Positions 26,340 through 38,165 of a stretch of 64,000 nucleotides of DNA are shown here, in pieces; the stretch's first letter is position 1, and each line of letters opens with the position of its first letter. The translations under genes were made by a program, and so were the position numbers. Below the pieces are notes generated by a model. That model had not been told where the DNA came from. It worked only from the letters and a program-made list of their open reading frames with translations, and did not search any database. Origin of the DNA: Sarea resinae (Eukaryota); NCBI GenBank assembly GCA_026026165.1, contig JAPEUD010000005.1, positions 1 to 64,000 on the forward strand, given 5' to 3'.

Positions 26340-28084
26340 ATGGCGAGCTTCACTACAGAGGAAGGATGGCATACTGTCGAGGATGGCATGAAGCTGTATA
26401 CGAAGACGTGGACGGTAAGTGATATGTAGCATCTGATAGCATGTGCTTCGTGGCCCTGGGCAACAGGCAGTCACTGTTGTTGCTGTTCTTTGCCTGGAGC
26501 CAACCTTCGTGTCTCTCGTACGGGCCGCATTCATATTGCGATCGTTCGTGGCTAATTGTTGTGGATCACAGCCAACAAAAGGAGACCTTGTGGCGAAATT
26601 GCTCTTTGTGCACGGCTTCAGTGATCATTGTGCGTGTTCCTCTTATATATTACAACTATGCTCCTTTTGTACTACTATCGTTGTGTCTCTGGCTCGTGTG
26701 ATCGACATTAGCAGCGATGCTTTGCGGGCTTACACATGGACGAAACGAACGCAGCCAATCTCAACTACGAATTCTTCCCCCATCTGACCTCGCGGGGAAT
26801 CAAAGTCTTCGCCTTCGACCAACGGTGCGTCATGGCCTCGCGCGTCTCCCGCCATCGCAGCGATACTAACACCTGATAGAGGCTGGGGTCGCTCCGTGCA
26901 CAACGCCTCGCAGCGCGGCCTCACGGGTCCCACTTCCACGGTCCTCTCGGACCTGACCTCCCTGATCACACTCACGCTCTCCTCGGCGCCAACGACGACG
27001 ACGACGACCACCACCACCACCACCACGCCCTCGACGCCGACGCCGATGTTCCTAATGGGCCACTCGATGGGCGGCGGCGAGGTCCTCACGTATGCCTCGC
27101 AGGGGCCCGCGCACATCCGGCGCCAGATCCGCGGCTACCTCGCCGAGGCGCCCTGGCTGGCGCTGCACCCGCGCTCGCAGCCGTCGAAGCTCGTGGTCAA
27201 GGTCGGCCGCCTCGCGAGCCGCTTCTCGCCCGGCTTCCAGCTGAAGCAGAAGCTCGACGCCAAGGCCGTGTGCCGGGACGAGCGCGTCCAGAGGGACTGG
27301 GCCGCCGACGAGCTGTGCCATGATCTCGGCACGCTGGAGGGCCTGGCTGGGGCGTTGGGACGGGGCAGCGGGCTGTGTGAGGGGCGCATCACATTGAAGG
27401 ATGAGGGGCAGGGGCAGGGGCAGGGGCAGGGGCAGGGACAGGGCCAGGGGGATGGGGAAGGAAAACTTAGTCTTTGGATCGGTCACGGGTCGGCCGATCT
27501 GATTACCAGTTTCGATGCCAGCCGCGACTTCACGGCTTCATTAACGGGGGTGGAGGATAAGACGTTTAAGGCGTATGAGGGCTGGTATCACAAGCGTGCG
27601 TTTGGTGTCCCGCCGTCCCGCCGTCCCGCATTTCTCTTTTCTTTTTTTCTTTTTCCCCTCCTCGTGCGACTTCTCGTGCTTGTATCCCTCCCTCCATCCC
27701 TTCCTCCCTCACATACCACATATCACAAACGCAAATCCCTCATCCTCCCCCATTTCTCCCCTTCCTTCCCCCCGCCGTCCCCGCCCCCAACCCCGGCCGC
27801 ATCAGACCCTCAACTAACACACCCCGCCCAAACACACAGTCCACGCCGAGCCCACCCCCGACGACCTCACCTTCGCCACCGACGTCGCCGATTGGATCCT
27901 CGCGCGCTGCCCTCCCCGTCCGTCTTCTTCTTCTTCGTCGCGGTCGCGGTCGCGGGACCAAAATGCCGTGGGTGTGGAGGGGCTGCTGCAGACGGAGCAG
28001 ACGGGGGGTGAGGATGAAGGTAGAGATGGAGATAGAGACGGAGCGGATGAGGCAGGCGATGAGGGCGCCAAGGCTAAACTGTAG
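26340..28084 (+). CDS. YJU3: Monoglyceride lipase / lysophospholipase, alpha/beta hydrolase (Yju3-like)
   Basis: Exons 26340-26414, 26572-26629, 26755-26824, 26880-27595, 27840-28084. Motifs HGFSDH, FDQRGWGRS, GHSMGG, HGSAD, YHKLHAEP; ends -AKL*. An alternative in-frame ATG lies at 26319. Confidence 0.88.
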
Positions 28085-28617
28085 GTGTTGGTGTAGGTGT
28101 TACTGGGGAGGTGGGTGTGGTGTGTAGGAGAATAGGAGAATCGCTAGCTATAGTATCTTAATGAACTTCAGTCGGATATTATTCTATGTTGTCATATTGT
28201 GATGTTGTGATATAATGGTGAGAGAGAATTCTTAATAATGGTATTATTATTATCACGGCATTATTATCACTGTCACTGTCATCTCTCTCTCTCTCTCTCA
28301 CACACTCTTGGGGATCTATCTATATTGGATCTTCGATGTTTGGTGTCTACTCCCCAGGCGTAGCGTGTACTATATATACTGTACTGTACTATACAGACTG
28401 CAACTGCAACTATCTCCACGCGTATCGTATGGTATGGTATCGTACACTGTACACTGGATGAATGCAAATATCTCACACCCGCCCTTGGCTCTACAAACCC
28501 CGTGACTCTACACCTCCCCGCGAACATGGAGGAGGCGGAGACCTGGGAGAGGCTGGAGAGGCCTAACAGGATAAGGAGGACGAGGACGAGGACGACGAGA
28601 GAGCGAGAGGGGCTTGA

Positions 28618-30208
28618 TCAATACTGTCGCATCCGGCGCCACACGGCCAAGAAACCGCCGCCCACGACCCGGCCGCCTACTTTGGGCCGGCAGATCATTT
28701 CGTAGCTGGCGTCTTTGTCGTTCAGGGGATTGGGGGTTGGGGTTGGTGGTGCGGATGCGGGTGGTGCGTCATTGAGAGCGATGCTGGCGCTCTCGTCAGA
28801 CGACGACGACGACGACAACGACGACGACGACGGTCCATCCTCATGCTCAGCCACGTCTCCGTCCCCCTTCCCATTCCGCTCCATCTCGGCCTTGACGACG
28901 GCCCGAGGGCGCACGGCGCGCACGTCCCATTCCCTGCCGCCGGTCGCGCCCGCGCCGAGCTCGACGACCGTCTCGAGCGCGAGCGGCAGGTTGAGCCGCC
29001 GCACCACGTCCACGCACGCGATGATCTGCGTGATGGACGGGTTGAAGACGCTGAGAGCGCCGTTGGGCATGAGGGCCGGTGTTAGCGCCGCGAGATGCGT
29101 GTGTGTGCTCGGGAGGTCGAGCAGGATGTGTGAGAGGAATGGTTGGGGTTGCGGGGGTGCTTCGGATGAGAATGAGGATGATGAAGGAGACGGTGGATGT
29201 TGGGAGGAAGAAGAGGAGGACGAGGACCGTCTGGCAAGCTCGTCGCGCACCCAGGCGGACACGTCGCCGACGTGGAAATCGACCGCATGGCTATATGTTC
29301 CGTGCCGGAAGCCGCGCACCACTCGCGCCGCGTGCTCCGAGTGCTTGGCGGAGAAGTCGATCGTGTGGAGGATGGCGCGGCGGGCGGCGCGCCAGTCGGC
29401 GTACGCTGTCTGCGCCGGGCTGGAGGATGAGGAGCCGGCTGCTGGAAAGGTAGAGTCCGAGCTTGTTGGGTCGCGCTTTTTCATGGCGTCCTCGCTGCTG
29501 TCTCCATCGTTGGATGACGGTAACGGTGGAGGAGGCGTGTTGGCAGCGTGGATGGCGCGCGACAGGTGCAACGTCAATGCGCCGTGGCCTGTTCCGGCTT
29601 CGAGAATCTCGAGCGGAGGCGCATCTAGTGGCGTGGTGCTCGAGGGCGGCGACACGTGGAGGTCGAGTAGGGAGACGATTAGGTTGGCGTCTGCGGGATA
29701 GACCTACTGTGTACGGTATGCTCTTAGTCCTTGTTTGGCGCGCGGAAAAAGGGGCATGAAACTCACAGGGGTGACGATACGGGGCGTCAGAGTCACATAG
29801 TCGGACAGTGTCGGCTGGTGGATTCGATATGCCTTGTCTGTGTTGTCGAGTGTCAGGATAGCGGTCCTCTTTGGTCATTGCTTTGGCCGTGGTACCTCGA
29901 TTCGTCTCGACAATGTCCCTGATTTGCTTCCCGATGATGGCATCGTGCTCGAGCACGCCCGTGTGCGAGTGGATCTTGCCGCCTCGCTGTAGAGGTTTTG
30001 TGAGGATCGGCGTGGCACTGGCGTCGTTCTTGCGCCGGAGCAGCACGATGTCATTTTCTGGTCGTCTTTGTTAGTTTTTCTTTTCAGCTGAAGCTTCGAG
30101 ACATGACATACCGGCGACGGTCGTGCTGTTGTTGATCGAGTATTGCCGTCGACAGCTTCTGCAACGTTGACGGTGCAATTGCCGCAGCAATCGAGGTCGT
30201 GTGCTCAT
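28618..30208 (-). CDS. TRM61: tRNA m1A58 methyltransferase catalytic subunit family (Trm61/Gcd14-like), probably mitochondrial
   Basis: Exons 30208-30112, 30057-29896, 29837-29767, 29703-28618. Motifs PTLSDYVTLTPR..VYPADANLI, ILEAGTGHGALT (SAM binding), LDLP, NPSITQI; Arg-rich presequence-like N-terminus. Confidence 0.88.
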
Positions 30209-30897
30209 CTTCACTTTTTCGGTGGCCGAGCACAAATGAATTGGATGCCAGGAATGCGTCGATCTACATAGTAGACGCGAGCGGTAGTCGACCCGTAGGC
30301 AGAGGCGGTAGGCGGTAGACGTAGACGGGAGAGGGCTGACAGGTACCGCAGTACTCGTATCCGCTGCATTAACGTGCATAAATCCCATGTCGATTCGGCC
30401 TCGGGATACTTACCCCATACTCGATCTATACGAGTCTACTCCCGAGTATACGAGCATATGCCAAGTGGCTGACCAGATCAGATCAGATCACCACCGACCA
30501 TTTCCCCCCGAGACGCTGTCCTCATACTCCGCCACCTCCTCGGCCTCCTTCTGCTTCTTTCATTATCTTCTTGATTTTCTCATTTCGACTTCCTCCTTCT
30601 GCTTCCTGTGCCTCGACTTCTGTTCCCGGAGCTCCAGCTGTGTTGAGATCCTTCACTTTGGTAGAGGCTGTCATTCTCTCGGTTGGCTCACCGACTGTCC
30701 CCACGCCAATGCTTCTGGCCATGGGCCTCTAGGGAACGGAATTCTGCACATCTGCCTCGAAGCCCCCTCGTCTTGGGGGACTTTGTCGTCGTCGGCGTCG
30801 CGGTGCTTTTTCGGTGCTGGCGGAGAGAACCAGTTGACCAGATAGGCTGCGAGGCCAAAGTGGTCTCTGCTCAATCCAGTAATCCCGGCCAGCCAGG

Positions 30898-32713
30898 ATG
30901 ACGCGAAGAATTGTGAGTTCCATCTGCCTTTCTTATCTCAATTGTTCTAGTAGCTGAGAGCTGATCGTGGTTTTGCAGTTCCGCACCGCTGGACAACTGG
31001 GCAGCCTTGCGCTGATCGCCTTCCTCATCGTCTTCTTCCTTGACAACCGCTACCGATTGCTTCCAAGTTCGATACACAACCATCTGCCAGCGCATCACCC
31101 TGGCTTTGTCATTACCGACATCACGGTCGCGACATGCTCCACGCTCAATCTCCTCTCCCGCTGCAAACTCGATCCCGACCAGTGGCATCGCGTCGAGAAG
31201 GACCTCTATCTCGGTCATAGTTGGGTTTCAAGCGCCTACGTTCACGTCAAACGGAAAAAGGAGGAGGAGCTGATAGAGGGTGACAAAGTGATCGTGGATG
31301 TCCGAATCGGGCGCTTGGACCCGTTGACGGGAGAAAAGGGGCAAGAGAATGAGAGATGGGAGTCGCGGCCAGCCGGAATCTGGCTGAAGAGGTCCGCCAA
31401 GCGACATGCCAGCGACTCGCTGAACGCCATCACGGCAGTCGATGTTTTGTTTGGGGCGGATGCCGTCGAACCGCGAACGGGTTGGGAGATTAAAGACACG
31501 CCTCTCCTTCTCGACACATCCGGCGAGACGCAAGAGGCTCGAATCAGTGTGCGGAAAGGACCTCCAGCCAAGATCGAGAAGCCGGTCCCCCGAATTGGAA
31601 AAGACGGCAAGTTCAAAATCATGCAAGTCGCAGATCTGCATCTGAGTACAGGTCTGGGGTTGTGTAGGGATGCTGAACCCAAGGGCCACAATGGAGGAAG
31701 ATGTGATGCAGATTCACGGACTTTGGAGTTTGTTGGGAAATTGTTGGATGAAGAGAAGCCTGACATGGTGGTGTTGAGTGGAGATCAGGTCAATGGAGAG
31801 ACGGCCCCGGATGCTCAGAGCGTATGTGCTTTTGCTTCTAAACGACTAGCAGAGACAGACACTGACACACTTTCAGGCCATATTCAAATTCGCAGAACTC
31901 TTCGTCAAGCGTCGCATACCCTATGCCACTATCTTCGGAAATCATGATGATGAAGGCTCCCTCGATCGTAGTGCTCAAATGGCTTTGATCGAGTCACTCC
32001 CGCTCTCCCTCTCGCAAGCCGGACCCGCTGACATCGCCGGCGTGGGTAATTATTATGTCGACGTGCTCCCCCATGGAACATCACAGCATGCTGCTCTCAC
32101 CTTTTACTTCCTGGATACACATGGCTACTCGCCAGACGAGAATCACTTCAGGGGTTATGATTGGCTCAAAGAGAACCAGATCCAGTGGTTCCGAGAGACA
32201 GCTCAAGGGGTGAAAAAGGCACATGCGGCCTATTCCCACGTGCATATGGATCTCGCCTTCATTCATATTCCTCTACCAGAATACCGCCACACGGGTAACA
32301 AAATCGTTGGGAACTTCAAGGAGCCACCCACGGCACCAGGATTCAATTCGGGATTCAAGGACGCCTTGGTCCAGGAGGGCGTTCTCTTTGTGAGCGCTGG
32401 ACAGTACGTCTTATCCGTCCGTATTCCACGAAATGAGTTCGAGTACTAATGAATTCACAGTGATCACGTCAACGACTACTGCTCCCTTGAGGTTTCGGAT
32501 GCTGGCCAGCCAGAGCTTTGGATGTGCTATGGCGGAGGGTCTGGATTTGGTGGCTACGGCGGTTACGGAGGGTACCATCGGCGGGTGCGATTCTTTGATA
32601 TCGACGCTAATATCGCACGCATCACGACATACAAACGCCTTGAGTATGGTGAGACAGATAAAAGAATAGACGAGCAGATTATCGTAGAAGGTGGTCGGGT
32701 GGTGACGGGGTAA
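30898..32713 (+). CDS. DCR2: Calcineurin-like metallophosphoesterase (Dcr2-like)
   Basis: Exons 30898-30912, 30979-31821, 31877-32403, 32461-32713. Motifs ADLH, SGDQ, GNHD, HIP, GHDHVNDYC, YGGGSGFGGY; N-terminal signal anchor. Confidence 0.9.
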
Positions 32714-33224
32714 AATGCCTATCAAAAGGACGGCGTGGTCTGGAGTTTTTGGTCCGTTGCTGGGTGGAGCGCTCTTTTTGATTTCGTATGTCTGCACTTC
32801 GGGGGACCGTATATCCTGTGCAATTACCGATGCTATTGTATTATCTTTGAATTGAGCTAAATGAAGAGAGCAATCATTCGGAAATGGTTTACTTGTCGGC
32901 TTCAAACGCTCATGTGATGTTGTGGTAAGGGGCCACGATAGCGGAGGGAGATAGCGAGCAAGGATCGACCGCGGCTATTCGCGTGTGACGTCGGGAACCA
33001 AGCAACAGCTCAGCTGCCTACTATAGTATCATCCTGATAAGAGAAGCATCACGCCTCGTTCAACACGACACTCAACAATAACAACACCACATTCCAACTT
33101 CGATCATTTGTAGATGAAGCCGCATCTAAGATCGAGTGTTCTGAAGTGAGATATTGCCGTTGCCATCCACAAGAAGTGAAGAATTACAAATTCCTCCCCA
33201 TGGAACTGCCATGACAGAGCTGTT

Positions 33225-34475
33225 ATGACACCTTCACCACAACTCGAGCACTTTGCTCGCGCCCTCTCCGGGTGAGTTCTCTCCTCTTCAAACAAGGACA
33301 CAGATGCTAACATGCGCTTCCTCAGTATCCTCGGCTGGCTCTAGTCCGTCCCCTCCACCCCTCTTCCAAACCTCACTCTGCTCCCCCACTACCCGCCCAG
33401 ACCATACTGACGCATTCCACGGGCCAGCTTCCTCGCCTGGTCCCTATCCTTCTACCCGCAACCGCTGCACAACTACCAACGGCGCTCAACGGCCGGCTTT
33501 GCCATCGACTTCGTGACGATCAACAACGTCGGCTTCGCGGCGCTGCTGACGTCGACGTCGCTCTTCCTGTTCTCGCCCGTCATCCGCGCCCAGTATGCGG
33601 CGCGCCACCCGCTGGCGCCTGAGCCGACTGTCCGCGCCAACGATGAGGCTTACGCCGCCCATGCCCTCATGCTGACCCTGCTCGTGTATACTCAGTTTTA
33701 TCCGCGGGTATGGGGCTGGGGCGGCCGCCAGCCGATGCCGCGTATTGGGGACGGTAAGGCCGTGGCGGGCAGCGATCACGGGGAGAGGACCAGTGCGGTT
33801 AGTGGGGCTGTCTGGGGAGAGGGAGACAGTGGTGGTGATGGCGCGGAAGCCGAGGTACTGATGGAGACGGAGATCGTGCAGAGGGCGAGTCCGATCATCC
33901 TGGGTGCGTGCTGGGGGTCTGGTGTCGGTGTCTTGCTCGTCGTGCTCGGCGTCTGGGCATGGGGCGAGAGGGGCGCCGACGCGGATGTCGTCAACGGTTG
34001 GGCATGGATCGATGCCGTACGTGCCTCTCTTCTTGCCATCCATCCTTTCTCTCATGCCCCCCCCCTTCCTCTTCTCCATCTCCTCTGCCTCCCACCAAGG
34101 CAACCCCAACTCCCCCCCCCCAATTCATATTAAAACCAAACCAAAAAACCAGGCATACGCCATCTCGTACGTGAAACTCGTCGCCACGCTCCTCAAATAC
34201 ATCCCGCAGGCCTACACCAACTACAAGCTGCAATCGACGGCCGGGTGGTCGATCCTGCAGATCCAGCTCGACCTCTTCGGCGGCGTGCTGTCGCTCGTCC
34301 AGCTGGCCCTCGACAGCTCGCTGCAGGGCGACTGGTCCGGCGTCACGGGCAACCCGGTCAAGTTCGGCCTGGGCAATACCAGCGTTTTCTTCGATCTCGT
34401 CTTCTGCGTGCAGCATTACGTGCTCTATCGTCATAGGGACGGGAAGGTGGGCAGGAAGGCGGGGGGTTCTGGGCT

Positions 34476-34507
<32 letters not shown>

Positions 34508-34572
34508 TAGAGGCAGAAGCAGAGGCAGAGGCTCAGGCTGAGGCAGGAGAGAGGACGAGATTGTTGGTTTAG
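33225..34572 (+). CDS. ERS1: Cystinosin/Ers1-like PQ-loop vacuolar cystine transporter
   Basis: Exons 33225-33271, 33326-33343 (18-nt microexon), 33428-34016, 34153-34572. Motifs [39 protein letters not shown]-terminal dileucine-type motif ERTRLL. Confidence 0.88.
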
Positions 34573-35317
34573 CTAATCGGTGAGCTGGTTGATTGCTTGC
34601 TTGATTACTTGAGTCATAGTTGGCGATTGGCGCCCAAAGGGTCCTGGATATAGGAGCATGATTTGTTTCTTCAGAGTGGAGAGAACCTCTGTCTTGGCTT
34701 GTTCCTTTAACGACTTCTATATATGTCCGGGCTTCTATAGATCGATTCGCGATTTTTCTGTTCCCTTTTTCCGCTCGTTCCTTTACCATTGTCTTTTTTG
34801 CGTTACTGCCATTCGGATGAGGACGACGACGACGACGACGACGATGACGACGACGACAGGGATCAGGGACGAGGGAGACGGAAGGGGGAAAGGGGAGAAA
34901 GACCAGAGCGGGACCGAGAGGCGTTAGGCCGATTAGTCTGCTCTATCGAGACAGACAGAAACAAACCCCCAGCAGATACAGACACTTACATAGATGGGAT
35001 AAGATGGATAGATAAGTAGATAGGCAGAATACCAGAGTTTCATGTCATCTGGAAGAAAATGAAGAAAGGAGGGAAAAGTGGGAGGGAATAATTAGGGAAC
35101 GCACTTGAGCAGTCAGAACGGATACAGGTGAAAAAGGCCATCTTGGATTTCTTTTCGTTCTTGGGTGGTCTGTAATGTAACCCACCAGACCGTAAATACT
35201 GGCTACCCACTTACGACCCATGAGATATGGTCCCCCGAGACCATCATCATCATCATCCTACGTCTCTTCCATCACGACCATGACTCCACTCCACTGCACC
35301 CTACCCTACCCCCTTTC

Positions 35318-36815
35318 TCACCCCCTCCTCTCGTCCTCACCCTCACCCTCGTCGTCCATCGAGTCCCGCCCACTACCGGCTGAGAGATAGCCCACCAGCT
35401 TCCAGAGAAGCATGCGTGTTTCCAGCGTCGCCTTCTTCGCTCTCAGGACCACGGTGTGGGCGTCGGAGAGCTCGGGGCTGGAAGCGCGGATCTGGGAGAG
35501 GTGCGAGGGCCCCAGGAGAGCGAGGAGGTTGTAGACGGGCAGGTGGACATCGGGCGAGGAGGAGCGCCGGAGGTAGGAAATGGTGGAGAAGGGTGGGGGA
35601 CTTGACGGATGAGTGGGAGTGGGAACGGGACTTGCAGATGGAGAAGAAGGTGGATTCCCGAGCCAGAGCACCGCGCCCAGTTGTCTATGTCTTCTCACCT
35701 CGCTCCATCGCTCCTCTCCCTCTCCCTCTTCCTCTTCATCTCCGTGTGTGGAACTAGACCTCACAACCGTCAGATAACCGCCCCTTCTCCGGGCCAGATA
35801 CGCCAGTTTGGCCACGACCTTCTTCCGCAGCAGCTCCGCCACGAACGCCGGCATGTCGTCGCGGTACACCAGCGTGCTGGGCCGGATGTGCGTGCGGAGG
35901 CGCGTTGGCACGATCCGGCCCGCGGCGCGGTTGTGTTTGTCTAGGGTGATGTTGTGCAGCACTCCTGGCGAGGAGAGGATGTAGGCCATTGGCTGCTGGT
36001 CTTGGTGGAGGGCGGGTGTGCTGGGGGGTAGAGGTGATGTTGTGGTAGTGGGGTCATTGGCTGTCGCGTTCGAGGAGGGGATGTCCGGGTTCAAGGTAGA
36101 GATGGAGATGTGTTTAGCTTTCTTCCGTCGAGCTTTTGCTTCAGCGCCCGCTTTCTTGGCCGCTTCCTCCTCCTCAGACAGGCCGTGTGGGAGCAGCCAG
36201 TGCGCGCCGGTCGAGGGGTGCGGCTTCACCGTAAAAGGAATGAGGAAGTATTTAGGGAGGCGGACTTGGGTGACGGGACAGAAGCGGACGGGCGTGGCGA
36301 GCGCTTGTGCTGTACGTTCGTAGATTTGCAATTAGTATTATTCTTGTGAGATGATCGAGAGGCGTCCTCATACATAGTACATAGAGAGAAGGGGGCATAC
36401 CATATGGGTTGTTGGCCAGTCGGTCTTGGAACGGCGTTCTTGGCTTTTCTGAGCCATCTTTAGGACGGCGATGGCGCTGTTTCGCCTCTATCCTCTCGGG
36501 GTCCAGGAACGGTGGCAGCGGCAGCGGACGGCGAGACCGGGGTTTTCTCTGCATCTCGCCTTGAGACGAGGGAGCTGCCGCAGTCTCTCCATTGTGCGAA
36601 TTTGGCATCTCGGCCTGTTGAGAATGTGTGCGATGGATACTCTGGATGTCTTGAACGAGGCTTGCGAATTCTGGGTCGGTTGCACGCTGGGTTGGCGCCG
36701 AGGATGAGAAAGGCCGAGTAAGGGGGGAAATGGCTTCGGACTCAAGGAGGCATTTGAACTTCGGTGGACATCTTGTCAAGTGCTCCACCTGGGTCAGAGT
36801 GAAGCACGGCCGCAT
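35318..36815 (-). CDS. Conserved fungal protein, probably mitochondrial (possible Rrg8-like)
   Basis: Exons 36815-36401 and 36309-35318 (intron GTATGC..CTAAT..CAG). Junction gives NNPYAQALATPVRFCPVTQVRLPKYFL; further conserved-looking blocks VYRDDMP, PVYNLLALLG, LWKLVGYL. Confidence 0.7.
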
Positions 36816-37054
36816 CACCTCGAGCCAGCGGGCAATTTGTCAAGCCAGCGCATGACAGGACGTGGTTGAGCAGTCGGACTGAGATAATTCGAGGAAGACA
36901 TCCCCTGTAGAGGGATCTAATCTCTGTCGGCTGCGCTTAGATTAGACAAAATAGCCGCCAAGATCGCTTTCCGGATAAACCTGCCTCGACCTTACGTATG
37001 AAAGCGAAGTTGCGAAAGAGACAGCCCGAGAGATCTGCTGGCCATCATCCTCCA

Positions 37055-38028
37055 ATGTCTGCATTACTCCCCATACGGACCTCAGGTGCTGCCAGCTGGC
37101 GGACTGCGGCGCGCCTGGGCCTGAGGACGTTTTCAAGCTTCCCTCAAAGAGCGCCAGCCTCGAATCCGCCCAGAGCATGGACACCGACACCTTATGTGAC
37201 TGAGACGGTGGTACGTTGACCTTTTGCTTCGCAACTCGGACCGCCTTACTGACTTTGCAGGGAGGGGGCTGGCATACATGTGAGCTTGAGCCGTCAACGT
37301 TCACGGCGATTGTATCGTTCGAGAGAGGCTAACTATATTCCCAAGACGACATCTTCTCGCGCCTATTAAAGGTACGGCTTGTATTGGTTTGTGTTCATAC
37401 AAAATCTGACTTTGACCCTTATAGGAGCGCATCGTGTGCCTGAATGGAGAGGTCGATGAAACCGTTTCCGCCTCCATAGTGGCCCAGCTGCTCTTCCTTG
37501 AGGCCGACAACCCGGAAAAGCCCATACACCTATACATCAACACTCCAGGCGGCTCCGTGACAGCAGGTACGTGTTTGGTGAGGGCTAAAATGCAGCATCA
37601 CTGAAAATCTAATTTCAAACAAAGGCCTCGCCATCTACGATACAATGACCTACATAAACTCGCCCGTCAGCACCATCTGCGTCGGCCAGGCCGCGTCCAT
37701 GGGGTCCCTACTCCTTTGCGGCGGCGCAGCCGGCAAGCGCTTCTGCCTACCCCACAGCAGCATCATGGTACATCAACCGAGCGGCGGCTACTTTGGCCAA
37801 GCATCCGACATTGCCATTCATGCCAAAGAGATTCTACGAGTACGAACTCAGCTGAACGAAATCTACAAGCGCCATCTTACGAAGCCGCATACTCTGGACG
37901 AAATCGAGAAGCTCATGGAGCGTGACTTCTTCATGGGCGCCAATGATGCTTTGAGTCTGGGAATCGTTGATCAGGTGCTGAGTCGAAGAGGCGAAGAGAA
38001 GGAACGGGATGAGAAGAAGGAAAAGTAA
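37055..38028 (+). CDS. clpP: Mitochondrial ATP-dependent Clp protease proteolytic subunit
   Basis: Exons 37055-37210, 37261-37279, 37346-37371, 37425-37566, 37625-38028. Motifs [48 protein letters not shown]. Confidence 0.95.
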
Positions 38029-38165
38029 TGGAGGGTCACATTTCGGAGTCTTAGGTCGCATGTACAGTAATTTATCTCCCATTTGGTCATGATTGTCATG
38101 CTATCAACCTTGGAGATTCCAGCCCTGGAGATTCCCAGCTTTCGTCTCACTCCAACCTTATCGAC

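Noticed and set aside
28715..29701. 328-aa antisense ORF and similar shadow ORFs
   Set aside because: Antisense to GC-rich real genes, an expected by-product of codon bias.
33708..33881. Extra intron explaining the cystinosin loop insertion
   Set aside because: The frame is open. The GTAAGG donor would shift frame, and the GTATGG donor would delete the WG motif I recall as conserved; treated as a coding insertion.
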